Assembly (NCBI RefSeq): GCF_001194135.2 | Contig: NC_068998.1 | Span: forward strand, 53,003,586-53,067,585 | Direction: 5' to 3' | DNA: 64,000 bases | From: Octopus bimaculoides | Lineage: Eukaryota | Part shown: one piece after another, positions 50,243 to 63,009 of the stretch | Position numbering within the stretch: position 1 is the stretch's first letter | How the letters are laid out: each line of letters opens with the position of its first letter | The notes under the pieces: generated by a model | Seen by the model: the letters and a program-made list of their open reading frames with translations, nothing else | Database searches by the model: none | What the model was told of the DNA's origin: nothing | Translations under genes and position numbers: made by a program

Positions 50243-51609
50243 ATAGTTAAGTATGTAATAATATATGTAATAATCTTTATATAAGAATTGAGACAATAAG
50301 ATACATAAGATATTAATCGATAGATAATTTTAAAAAAGCATATAAAATGTGTTGATTTTCTAAACTGTAAAAACAAGTTTACTCTACTCTGAAATGAGTT
50401 AAGTATTCCAGCAGCAATACCCTTTGGAAATTTTGTTTTAAATGCTCCAGTCTTCAACTTTTATTAGACAGTAGCTGATGAAAATTATCTGAGGAATCAA
50501 ATGAGAAAACTGGAAATTTAACAGCTTTAGTAGTTAGAAATAATCTTGTAGAATCGTCTGTGAGAATAATGTGTGTTAAACAATACTTTCATACCTAACA
50601 GGTTATTGCAGGTTATCATAAAATGCATAATATCTGAATTGCATTTTCGAACAAATGTCAAGACGAGTACTATTATGTTGAGAGATTACGAAACGTTGTT
50701 TAACATTAGCATGTCGGCCATTGCACCACGTTAATGTGTTTGTAATCACAGGACTTCATAGGTTCAGACTAAAATCTTTGCAAACTGGATTTGATAAGAT
50801 CAGAGCGTAATGAACGAATCCGTAGGAATACATTAGTTTCAGTGTAGATGATCAATGCTAATTAAACTTCTCTCTCAATGACAAAAGGAATGAGTCTTTG
50901 TCAAACCTGCCTGGGACTTCAGTGAATTACGCATGTTATTTATAAAATTATTAATAATATTAACATTTGCAGCGCGAAACATTAAATCAATGACGTGATT
51001 ATATTATAGATGGGAAACGCGCTAACCTTAAGTGGATCTCACCTGTCAATCAACAATAAACTATGCGGTAGTATAGGTTTCTATACCGAAATTAAATAGT
51101 CTATGTTAGATAAATTATATATGGTATATCGATTTCTCACACACATTTTCCATTTAACCAGAGTCTGCTGTAACCCTAATATATTGAAGATATGCTAGAA
51201 TATATGTATCTAATGGTGATTTTCGGTGAACATTATATTAATAAGCGGAAAATTGCTGTAATAAATTCCTTATCTTTATTATCCCATGTATGTGACCAGT
51301 AAAGATAACGTTATGGTTTCTACAATGCCTGGCCAGTAATAAACAAGGAAAATAATATTTAAATGAGGGTATATACATACGTGCTGGAAGTGAACAATAA
51401 TTATTTCAGTAAATATTGGTATTTGGTGTGAAATATGTTCGCATATTTGACATTCCATGGAGAGAAAGCTTTTCTAATCAATTATTTACACAGAATCATC
51501 CAAACAATGTGTCGTTATATAAGAAACATGTATGCAGATATGTATTGAAATAATTCAAGTGGAGATTCAACCGATTAAGACAATAATCTGTAGACGTTTA
51601 TTCTAAACA

Positions 51610-51795
51610 CAGTAATCCCTCGACTATCGCTATATGTGAAAATCCGTAAAGTACAGTACTGTTCATTTTAAAATTATTTTCATAATTTTTATATATTTAT
51701 TTTATTATAAATGCAAAACAACAACGCGGAGGATTTGATGTAAGCTTAAATATTCAACCGCGCTAGGTGAACCGCGATGTTGTGAGGGATTACAG
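51610..51795. mobile_element. Tigger/pogo-like MITE, 186 bp
   Basis: TIRs CAGTAATCCCTC and GAGGGATTACAG match 11/12. Flanks are CA (left) and TA (right), fitting a TA TSD with one change. Subterminal CCGCG motifs as at 47.0 kb. Confidence 0.75.
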
Positions 51796-53861
51796 TACTC
51801 TGAACACTTTAATCGATCCAGGGCAGATAGACCAGACGACTGGTCAAGTGATAGACTGCATTTATGTTCCTATAATTCTGCAAATTATTCGAATTATAAT
51901 AGGAAAAAAATTCGAGTGAAAACCTTTTTTGGTAATCACTAAATTTAATTCCAAGTGCACATACAATAAACTGTATCACAGAATATTCGAAAGGCATGCA
52001 GAAGACAGCACCTATATATGTATATATGACTTTTAAATATGAAAGTACGTTGTTTATCCTGAGTGTCTATCCTAGTTAGACTTAGCAGCAGTTAGTTATT
52101 CTGAAACGCTGGCTGAACAAAAGTATGCAGAACTAAATGCGTTGGACAGATACATAAGTAAATGCATAGAGCGGATAAGATCTGTGGAACAATCAGCTGG
52201 TTTTTCAATATTGTATCCATTTAGCCACTTCATTTCAACCTTACTACATAAGCTTTCCCCGATATTATTGTTTAATATCGTATTTCTTCGTTTCCTCTAA
52301 ACAATACCCAGCAACGATCATAGATTTGTAAAATTCGTCCTCCACAGTTGCGATTATATGTGTTAATTACGTTGAGGTCTATCAACTCGACTATACATTT
52401 CTCCAACGTTTGTGGCGTTGTGCCCATGTTAGAAAATAATATTTGCAAACCTGCAGCTGATTTTATGTATCGAATGTCAATGAAATCTAGGAATTAATTT
52501 TATTTCATTTCGTACAAGTTGGCAAGACCGAAACCTGGAATACGGATATTACAAATCAAATATAGTGCTTTGTTGTTGACACAACAGCTTATTGTTTCCA
52601 AAAATCAAAAAGAGATTTGTTAAACAGAAAGCGAAGTAGTATATTGATCTAGTAGAATTCCTAATTTGATTAAACATGAATGTATTCAATAGTATTCATT
52701 TCACAAATGTCAGTGTTATATTAATTGGAATAATTAGTGAAATCAGAAAATAATTTAATGAATATCTTCAAGAAAAGAAGCATAAAGACAGAAGAATCTA
52801 ATTCCTAAAAATAAGTTTTTATTATATTATCTAATTCTTATTTCTTTTACAATTTCTTGGGCTGCTGCTACAAAGAGAAATATATTTGTAATCCCATACA
52901 AATTTTTAATTACTAACAAATATAATTCGGAGAAAATTAAATTAACTACTTCATGCACGAGTGATTATTTTAGAAAATTTACAACAGAATTTTTAAGAAA
53001 AATGTGTTGATGAAAATTGCTACAATTCCAAGTCGTTCTCATTAAATTAAAAGGTTTATTAAAATAAATAGTAATGCTATACTGTAAAATATTATAATTA
53101 AATAGACAATGGAATATATAGTTTTCCAGTTGCGTTTCGTCATTTCCTATCCTAATGTGTGTTTTAGATTTGAAATGCTTATTATATATTTATGTTTGTT
53201 TACAGAAACTTATTCATAAACATATCTGAAAATCTTGCACATAACATTCATTCTTAAGAAGAGGATTAATGATACTCAAACTTTCTGTTTAGTTTATGTC
53301 ACCACCAAATCTCAACCTCATCAGATTTATTAGTAACGTTGCAAACACTCCTGAAATGTACGCCTGATATTCAATTCACAGAACACATGAACACATTGTA
53401 ACAAACGCTTGGTTCTAAATACGTCTTGAAAACGGATTTCTTCACCTCTCAATGAACAATATAACGGAAGAATGACACACGTAAAGTGTAAATATTAATG
53501 ATTCCTGGAAACTACATGGCATCGAAAGTATTGCCTTTCTTGTTCAGGTTGGCAAACAATTAACAACATACACTTCTGAACTCTTCTTAGACCATGAATA
53601 TGTTGTAAAACGTGTCTAAGACAGAAATATGTTGGTAATTCTGAATAAACGAAGAATTACACATCATTAGCCTTGCCATGTATGTGATTTAAATTTATGT
53701 ATTGTACAGAGCATCAAGTCAAGAGAAGTTCCTCTCTGAGCGTGCTTGATCTGATAGCAATGAGAGCCAAATCTTTATTACTGGAAGTCTACTCTGTTAA
53801 GACCAAGAATTTTACAGTAACATAATATGGTTGTATCGTTAAAAAATAAGAAGAGTTGTCG

Positions 53862-54011
53862 ATGCTTGGAATGCAAATCACCGTGGATCAACAACATGGC
53901 CAAATACAACAACAACAACAATCCGAGCTGACAAGGCAAATACTTGTCATTGATGTATCTGCGAAAGCAGAAAGAAAAAACAGCCTCGCTCACATGACAC
54001 CATATTTTCCT
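53862..54011 (+). CDS. Weak candidate first coding exon (MLGMQITVDQQHGQIQQQQQSELTRQILVIDVSAKAERKNSLAHMTPYFP)
   Basis: ATG to a phase-0 CCT|GTAAGC donor, with protein-like composition, but it includes a (CAA)5 microsatellite and no homology is recognised. Confidence 0.15.
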
Positions 54012-54544
54012 GTAAGCTAAACGAGTAGTTATTTGAATGACATGGTTCCGCCGGCAGTACAGTCTCAACATGTATATTCATGTATATTCATTGACAGACG
54101 CACAACACTGTTGCATATTAATATTTCTGATAACATTAATTTAGTAGATATGAACAATATTTCGAATGGGTAACAGATAGCGACAGGAAGAATGGTTATG
54201 TTGAGCACTATGTTTCTACTTTTGGAAAGGCTTTCATCATAAAACTTCTCAGTCAGAACTGATTTGTGGCTAAACAACACCAATAATATCATCTCGTTCC
54301 AAATCAATAACTACAAGGTGGTTGATCTAATAATTCTATATTCAGTACATTCAATATTGCGCTAGAAAAAGAGGAATTATTACCACGAGTCATAGGAAAA
54401 AGGCGTCCACAAACCGCTTTGGAAAACCTTTAGGACTCCCTACAGCAGATTCGTGCTCGCATGAAATTGATACATTAATTGTTATTCCTATATGAAGTAT
54501 CCTTGCCCATATGCCTGCTAAATAAGCGATAACATAAGGCTAGT

Positions 54545-54945
54545 TGACCACGGCAACAGCAATGACGATGGTAATTGCAACAGCAACAAGAAGAAAAATC
54601 ACCTCTTTCGTCAACAAAAGCATCAAAACAACTGTTACTCTCATCACAATTGATACTACTACTGCTAATACCATTGCATCTAACATTGCTACGTTATCTA
54701 ATAAAAACACTACCGTTATATCTAAAACATCTTCTACCACCACCGCTACGACAGCCATCGTCAATACTACGGCAACTACTACTACTACTATCACCTTTAA
54801 CACTTATATTACATTCACTACCAACGTCAGCACTACTTTTATTTGTAGCCGAGACTATTACCATAACTATCACAACCCAGAGCCGCAGCATTTTCGCAAC
54901 CGTCACCAACATTAATAAGAGCAAAACGAGCAACAACAGCGAAAA
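54545..54945. repeat. Degenerate (ACN/AAC)n low-complexity tract
   Basis: Yields Thr-rich and Val-rich ORFs on both strands. Confidence 0.75.
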
Positions 54946-56459
54946 TAGCCGCAGTATCCTCGAGAACAATGATGTAAGATGGCAATTTAAACGCAGTCAT
55001 TCGTTTTCCTTAAAATAGCTGAGCTGTCAAATTTCTGTTAATCCTACCGAAAGCTTTAAGCTGATGCTTGAGATAAAGTTAGAGGAAATTTTATTAAATA
55101 CAAAATACCTAAATAAAAGACAATACGGTTATGTCTAGGATTGTTTTAATCTTAGCACTCCTCGTTAGGGCAATCCGGGGGCTAAGGAAATAACAACAAA
55201 TACGACAATGCAAGTAACAAATAGAATTATTATCTGGTTTCCCTCAGTATATTTCAAGTCTGAATAAACATACAACCTATATAATTGATTCAAACACGAC
55301 TTAGGAAATAAATGAATAAATAAACAAGATGTAAGCCCTCCAACTAACGTCTTGGAAAGATTAAGAGAAAAAGAAAACTATTTCATTTAGCTTATCTTAA
55401 TGTTGTCATCGCACTTGTTATTGGTTTTCGTATTCAAAACAAATTGAGTGAGAGTTTCCTGTATTCTAACTGCACGAATAATTTCTTTTGAGCTAATGTT
55501 TATCACTTCATTATAATCCATATATGAAATCCTACTGTTTGCGTATGGGCTATGCAGCACGTTTCCTAGAGGCACTCTTCCATCACCATCCTGAAAATAT
55601 AATTTAGACGTAATGTAACATCAGTTACGCATTATAAACAGTCTTTTAACAACCAAGAATCAATGGGGGTGCGTTTATGTGGCCCGTCTGTATGCTAGAA
55701 ATACTACCAACAAGTGTGTCAATCAACCCACAGTGTTGCCAACTGTTGAAACAGCTCAGTCGATAATGTAACGCAAGATGTACTAGTATAGATGAGAAGG
55801 AAACCAGACAGATCGGTCAAAGCTGGATTTGGATTTGATCATAGAGACATGTGATTGAAATTGTTACAAGCTAGACAGCAGCAGCAAAGGCATTAGCAGC
55901 AGCTGCAACAATAACAAAAAATAGCAACAATTCTAAGTTCAGTAGATCCTTTAAAGTGCCATACTGGAATAACCGTAGCAGGTATGTCTGTCATCAAAGA
56001 TCTGCAAGATTCTGGACCATCCGAGGGCTACAAGAAGCTACAACGATGACAATAGCAATATATAAATTCATGACGTGAACAAGAACTAAAAATCAGAGAT
56101 TTTCCTAGCTAGAAATAGCAACCAAATCTCCCTCAAATCTAATCCTACCATATACAATAGTGACAAGATATATTACTTGATTTGGTTTTAATGACATCTC
56201 TCAAAATACGTGATGGTCACGATTGGAATGGTTTGGATAATAGATGTGGGTGTATAAAACAACAAGTGCGACCTATAAATACAGCTATATTCTTAAATGT
56301 ATTGGGAAACAGTATATATTAAAGCAATAATTAAGGATGGGGAATAAAATGTGTAACAACAGCTTGATGATCACATTAATGATAAGAGAAATATAGATAA
56401 TGAGGAGAAAATGATATTGATAACGGGGTTTATGAGAGGAGATGGAGGTTTATGATGCG

Positions 56460-56707
56460 GCAAACTTGAATTAAACATAAATTAATGATGATAATCATAT
56501 TGATGAAGACGACTGCGATAATAAAGAGATTATTATTACTATGACGACGGGGATGTAGAGGACAGAGATCATAATAATGCAGATGATGTTGACGGCGATA
56601 ACTACAAGACAAACAAGAACAAGAAAGACAAAAAAATAACAACAACAACAACACCAACAGCAATATCAATAATAATAATAATAATAGTAATAGTAATTAT
56701 GATAATC
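56460..56707. repeat. Degenerate trinucleotide tract (GAT/AAC/AAT)n ending in (AAT)6
   Basis: Direct reading. Confidence 0.85.
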
Positions 56708-57034
56708 GTAGTAGCAGGTAAGCTCTCCAGATATCAGAAAAGAATACATCAGTATCAACAGAATAGATCATTGGAGACGGACAAACAAAGAGTGGAGAAC
56801 GAATTAGTGAAGATGAGAAACCTAATACAGAGGATGCTAGAAGGTTCTGGAGTAATATTTGGGATAATCCAGTCAATCATAATGGAGATGCAGTATGATT
56901 AAAGGAAGTGAGGGAAGAAGCAATGAACAGGAGACAACCAGACTTAATGAGTAGACTGTTACGAAAAATGCCGGATTGGAAGGGCCCAGGACTGAATTTC
57001 GTTCAAGGGTACTGGCTAAAAAAATTTAGTAGTC
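56708..57034 (+). mobile_element. R4/Dong-like non-LTR retrotransposon fragment (region just N-terminal to RT), pseudogenised
   Basis: VAGKLSRYQKRIHQYQQNR, then a frameshift, then EKPNTEDARRFWSNIWDNPVNHN..*LKEV...KMPDWKGPGLNFVQGYWLKKF. This matches the R4-clade FW..IW and W.(A/G)PGPD.(V/I).G(Y/F)W.K motifs. Stop at 56896-98. Confidence 0.82.
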
Positions 57035-57110
57035 GACTTCGATAGAATGTGAACTCAGAACGTAAGGACTGATGAAATACCGCTGGACATTTTTCCCGGT
57101 TTATCAGTTA
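57031..57110 (-). mobile_element. SINE head fragment truncating the R4/Dong piece
   Basis: GTCGACTTCGATAGAATGTGAACTCAGAACGTAAGGACTGATGAAATACCGC (reverse complement of the head to the core start). Confidence 0.78.
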
Positions 57111-59153
57111 GTAACAGATGATGGCTTTTAGGGGCTTCGTCAGACTTCCAACTGGTGGTATAGGACTCGTTGGTACTGGAACAGAGGCAAAAGGGTCCTG
57201 CTTATTCTTCTTGTGATTTTGAGATATCGTGGCAGAAAGCCCTCACATGACTTTTGCTCCCGCAAATGCAACTACCTGGATTCCTACCTTCCATTGTTAT
57301 CTTTAGCACGATGACTTGAACCCACGTCAATCTCATCTGTTTTGTGGCCCCGCGGAAAACGTCGGTATACGCGCTTTCTTGAGACCAAACCGTTAAAAAT
57401 ATTTCACATCAGTGTTTGGCTTATATAAGTATTGTGCGCCATCTATATTGCCTTCTGTCTTCAATACTAAACAGTATACTCAAGTTTTATTTGTGCGATG
57501 TCAATTACTTTGTATTTTATCAGCACAATGTATTTGTGTTGCTTTGAGAGTTAGTTAGCCTTCCTCGTTTCTATTTTCAGAAGGAAGAGCAATAAATATG
57601 CAGCTACAACAAAAATTTCAAAACAAACGAAAGACAACTATAAATATATTTTCTAAAAATGGACCGTGAGTGAAATAGTCGTGAGAAGACAGAGGAATAT
57701 ATTTCCAAAGAAAAAAGATTGCTAATGTTGAATATTGTCAGAGGAATATTTCAAAAGGAAAAGAATTCTATGACATAGTAAACGGTATCATTTGCAAAGC
57801 TGCTTCCTCACAATGACGAGCTTGTTCCTGACTCTAATAGGATTAAGCATAACTTCTTTTATCGACGAATCCCAGTTTTATTCTGTTGTAATGTAAATTG
57901 TGCGCTGTCATTAATATATTTCTCTCAGTATTTATTGCTGTGTATATTCATACACATATAAGCGTATGCCGATAGATATATGTACACCCAACTCGCGCGC
58001 ACACACACACCCGCGTTTTTAAGTTACAAATCACATTCCAAAGTTTCTCGACTACTTCTACTTCAATGCAAAAGAAACATATTCTTGTTGTAAGTATATT
58101 TTCAAATAAAATTATTACACTCTACTATCAAATGTACTGGGTTCATTTTTATAATTTACACACACTTTATCCTCATATTATGAACTTCCTTTTATACACA
58201 CACATATAAACACATATATCACGTGTATGTGAGAAACATACATAAAAACGTGCATTGTACCGTCAAATCTTCTTTGAGCATTGAATATTCTACTTTCTAA
58301 TATTGGTTCTTATTTTTTATTCATTCGGCACATATTTCATTATCAATCTAGGTTTGTGCGTCCTAAAACCGATCCAGGATTGGTTTTGTGCTTTTCGGCT
58401 CGAAATTATCGACCTTGTACCAAAAATTGAAACCAATATTTAGCATGTATTTTGTGAAAATTTCATACTTAAAACAAGTGTGTGTATATACATGTGTGTG
58501 TGTGTGTGAGTGTGTGGATATACGGAAAAGACTCAAGATCAGTTCATATAACAATAACATGAAAATCAGATCACGAATGAATGAAATATTTCAACAGATA
58601 AGAACTTCTTTGCAGCTCTGCATTTTTCTTACGTACCAATCTCTAAATACTGAAACGTATTCGTATGTCAATTATAGTCATGTCTATTTTCTTTCATCTG
58701 CTTAGTAACATCTATTTTTTTCTGCCTCAATACCACCAATAAGGTAAGTTTAAAATCTTAAAAGGCTGCTAAAGGAATTACATATAGTCTCAGAAGACAA
58801 ACCATGTAAATCATTCTATATTTAACAAACCAGTTTTTACCAGTTTGTACTGAAAATCACTGAACCGTAAAGCATTTATTTATTTATTTTCGTCATCTAA
58901 AATCCAAAATTAAATACGGCTGAGAAGTTTTGGAATACTGTAAAAACAACATACACAATTCAAATACGCATAAAATTCCCAATGAATGCAAATATTTGCT
59001 GATGTTATGTATAACACTACTTACTCAGCACATCGCAGATGTGGTAATCCCATGTTATTGGTTTTACGGAATCTTGTTTTACAAAATATTTTCATAATCA
59101 ATGATTTGGCATTTTACAATTCATCAATTCATTAACTCCGGTCTGCTCAACTT

Positions 59154-59189
<36 letters not shown>

Positions 59190-59396
59190 NNNNNNNNNNN
59201 NNNNNNNNNNNNNNNNNNNNNNNNNNNNNNNNNNNNNNNNNNNNNNNNNNNNNNNNNNNNNNNNNNNNNNNNNNNNNNNNNNNNNNNNNNNNNNNNNNNN
59301 NNNNNNNNNNNNNNNNNNNNNNNNNNNNNNNNNNNNNNNNNNNNNNNNNNNNNNNNNNNNNNNNNNNNNNNNNNNNNNNNNNNNNNNNNNNNNNNN

Positions 59397-59457
<61 letters not shown>

Positions 59458-61479
59458 TATATGTATGTACAAGAACTTACGGAGTTACTTGTGCACGACC
59501 GGGAATTGGAGCTGTGAACTTTTTTGCCTCTTTTTTCTTCCTTCTCTTCATTTACCTATTTCTTCTCTTTTGTCTTCCGTGTCGTCATTTCAATCATCTA
59601 TACCATTCTCATTTTCCCTATTTGTCTCCGATGGCAGAATATCCCATACTCCGGGATATCCCAGAGACAGAAAATAATAATAACAACAATGACGAGGAGG
59701 AGGAGGAGAAGGAGGAAGGGGATAAACTGGTGTTTGTTAGTCTCAGATGAGTCTTGGTTGCAGGGACCTATTATGAAACGTTTTTGAATTGTAATTAACC
59801 TTGCCGTCTTCTATGTAAAAGAGTGACTCAGTTTTCTTAAATGATCTTTTTAAGACTACTGGGTGTGATTTTATGATGAATTGGTTGATATTTCTACTGG
59901 AAGGGTCTCTGAGCATAGTTGGATGGAAAAATTGTCGTTTTCATTTAGCAAATATTAATGTACCATTAAGTGAAACGAAGCAGATTGAAAATATAGATGC
60001 AATAATTACTTGTTGCTCGCCAGAAGCGTATGTCTGTGTCTTTGATGTTTCGTAGCAAACTAGAAAATGAGCTGCAACAAAGAACACTTAGACAACAACT
60101 TGCGTTAGGCACTTCCTTCAGTAAACACATTCGTCAGATTTATCATATCGAAAAATTATTATAATTAAATTAAACTTGTCTAATAGTGACATGCGTACTG
60201 ATAGATCGTCTGCTATTAATTTAAATGAATTTGCATACACCTCGATCAATAACAGACTGGCTAAAGTATAACTGAATACAACCAAAATGAAATTGTTCAT
60301 AACAAAGTTAGAAACAACACAATTGTCTCTTTAAACATCATAATAAAGACGAGGTGTTGAATGGAGAAACAGACGAGAAAAGGAAATAGAAAGCAAGAAA
60401 ATATTTAACGTATATAATAGTGGAGCAATGAACCGGTATTTATCCAAAAAAAGATTCCAGTAGCTGATTCACGCGTTCATTCAGAAATGAATAACAGAAA
60501 ATACAGATAAAGAACAAGCATAAATAATGTCGGGTGTTGGGGTGGCAGAAGTCCAAAATATGTGCATCAGTATGTTATTCAAAGAGTCGGAGCCTGAGAA
60601 AAAGAATCACATCGGAGCGAAACTGTACCAAAGAAAATGTGTGCGTTTGTTTAGAATACATTAATAATAATAATAAGATTCTTCCATGTCGTAAGTAACG
60701 TTAAGATGGTAAGTAACCTCCATGTAGGAAAAGTGAAATAAATAAATTAATAAATAAATACATAGACTAAAATTACCCTAACAAAGCAAATATGAAAATA
60801 ACAACATTTATATAATCAACGTATTCGTCATGCAGAAAGAATATATCAGTCGAAGACATTTAACGTTATGTAGAAAATCAACAATGGAGAGTTCATGATT
60901 TCAATGAGAAGTAAACATATATACAGAGAGAGGATTAAAATTCACAAACAAAATGATCATACGGTTTTATTAGAATATATAAAATTCCGTTTGATGAAAT
61001 ATTTAAAATTAGTAGAACATTATGGAAGAAAGGATGAAAAGATACATTATCGTGAGCAAAACTTAAATGACAAATTAATGCAAACAATGAAAGGATACAA
61101 TTAAACTGTAGAGAAAATAGTGTGGCAGAATTATTAAATAAACTTGTTTATATAGAGAGTGTTTTTGAAAATACATCAGTCGGAACGAGATGAAAGAATT
61201 ATTCACATAAAGAGAGATAATAAAGATTTCTAACATTGGCACGAAGCTAGGAATTTTGGTCTGAAGGGTATGTTGGTTTAGATGTACCCCATTACTGAAA
61301 TGATATAAATTTGATTGATTCCGAAATGATAAAAGGCAAAAAACTCGGATCTGGTGGGCTTTGTATTAGGAACATGAAAGGAGACCATCAAATAACACAA
61401 GTATTATTCTGCCACATTTACTGATTCTAACATCAACCAAATGCAATTAAGTGTAAATAATGATTGTCTCTAACAAAGG

Positions 61480-61605
61480 CACAAGGTCTGAAATTTGCTG
61501 GAAGGTTCCGATCGATACGTTGGAACCAAGATTTTTACTGGTACTTTGTTTTATCAACCCGGCAGCGATGAACGGCAAATGTGACCTCGTCAGAATATAA
61601 AGTCA
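61480..61605 (-). mobile_element. Degenerate SINE (tail type B)
   Basis: AAAGGCACAAGGTCTGAAATTT...ACTGGTACTTTGTTTTATCAACCC...GATGAACGGCAAA. Confidence 0.65.
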
Positions 61606-61696
61606 GAATGAAGAAAGTGAGAACAAAAAATGCAAATAATTCCGAGGCTTTCGTGATTTTGTCAGCTCATCAATTTGCCTGTGATTAATAATCCTT

Positions 61697-61822
61697 TACG
61701 TTATTTACATTTGACGGATATTTGTCCTCATCTTGTTTGTTGTTAACACGTTTCGGTTGATATATAAATGTAATTAATGTAAATAATGTACGTAATTCCT
61801 CATCTCTTAAATATAGATGTGT
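61697..61822 (-). mobile_element. Second, partial copy of the PLE terminal region with an inverted junction
   Basis: The reverse complement of 61697-61765 (ATATATCAACCGAAACGTGTTAACAACAAACAAGATGAGGACAAATATCCGTCAAATGTAAATAACG) aligns to 35190-35258. It is followed on the plus strand by AATGTAAATAATGT, the same terminal motif in the opposite orientation. Confidence 0.8.
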
Positions 61823-62040
61823 AATGATGCTTTCTTTCTTTATGCTTTCTGTCATTGAACTGCGACCATGCTGGGGCAGCTTCTTGACAGCTTTAGTCGA
61901 ACAAATCGACCCGAGTGCGTATCACGTGAATCGGCCTTTCTCATTTTTAAGATATATATATATATATATAAGCAATGTTAATTCTCTAAATGAAGTATTA
62001 ACAGTAACTGCACGATAAAGTGTAGTATATTGCCACTTAA

Positions 62041-62157
62041 GTGTGGCTGACCCCTAGGGGTGGATGTTACTGTTGCTTTTAGCCCCAGGAGGACATCTCC
62101 TCCAGCTGGCTTATCGACACACGACTGTGTCCTGTTTGCCAAGGGAGTTATCCCTCT
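62041..62157. repeat. GC-rich probable repeat fragment cut by a gap; family not identified
   Basis: Abrupt GC rise starting near the palindrome CCCCTAGGGG and running into N. No diagnostic motif. Confidence 0.35.
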
Positions 62158-63009
62158 NNNNNNNNNNNNNNNNNNNNNNNNNNNNNNNNNNNNNNNNNNN
62201 NNNNNNNNNNNNNNNNNNNNNNNNNNNNNNNNNNNNNNNNNNNNNNNNNNNNNNNNNNNNNNNNNNNNNNNNNNNNNNNNNNNNNNNNNNNNNNNNNNNN
62301 NNNNNNNNNNNNNNNNNNNNNNNNNNNNNNNNNNNNNNNNNNNNNNNNNNNNNNNNNNNNNNNNNNNNNNNNNNNNNNNNNNNNNNNNNNNNNNNNNNNN
62401 NNNNNNNNNNNNNNNNNNNNNNNNNNNNNNNNNNNNNNNNNNNNNNNNNNNNNNNNNNNNNNNNNNNNNNNNNNNNNNNNNNNNNNNNNNNNNNNNNNNN
62501 NNNNNNNNNNNNNNNNNNNNNNNNNNNNNNNNNNNNNNNNNNNNNNNNNNNNTATATATATATATATATATATATTCCGTTATTCTTTTGTTCCAGTTAT
62601 TTGACCGCCCACAGGACTTATTTTTTTTTTATGCCTAGTACTTATTCTATCGATCGTTTAACCGACCCGCTAAGAAATCGATAGAGATCGCTTGACAAAC
62701 GGCGCTGGTAGTGAAGCGGTGGTGGCGGACAACTGCAAAGAAACACCCAGGCACACGCAAACTCATGGACGTATATACGACGAACGTCTTCCAGTTTCCA
62801 TCTAGTAAATCCCCTCACAAGAACAGTGAAGACTGACTTCCAGTGTTTCACGCACACAAACACACACGAAACGGCGAATTCCTAGAAATGAAGTTCGATT
62901 CCGTAGCAAATAATAGAAAGAAAAAAATAAACAGAGAAATATGCATAACAAGACGGTCAAACAAACAGCGTGAACTCATATTGACAGAGCAATATTTGCG
63001 TGGGTAGAA

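Larger units (their letters stand above)
636..62552. other. 13 assembly gaps (N runs): 636-1218, 3548-3647, 6633-6837, 10494-10503, 12294-12303, 15473-15482, 16611-16784, 19312-19527, 38922-39254, 41670-41957, 47835-48456, 59190-59396, 62158-62552
   Basis: Runs of n in the sequence. Almost all are bordered by (TA)n, (CA)n or (CT)n, and three are fixed 10-N spacers. They create the long X-filled ORFs in the track. Confidence 0.99.

Noticed and set aside
54540-55018. Thr-rich mucin-like ORFs
   Set aside because: Degenerate trinucleotide low-complexity DNA open on both strands, with no signal peptide or splice support.
57128-57146. Minus-strand CTGACGAAGCCCC (half hammerhead)
   Set aside because: No downstream complementary strand or GAAA, and it lies in a Pro-rich coding-like relic.
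185-62684. Long ORFs containing X runs (e.g. 185-1435, 47691-48672, 62060-62684)
   Set aside because: They read through N gaps and (TA)n/(CA)n tracts; not evidence of coding.
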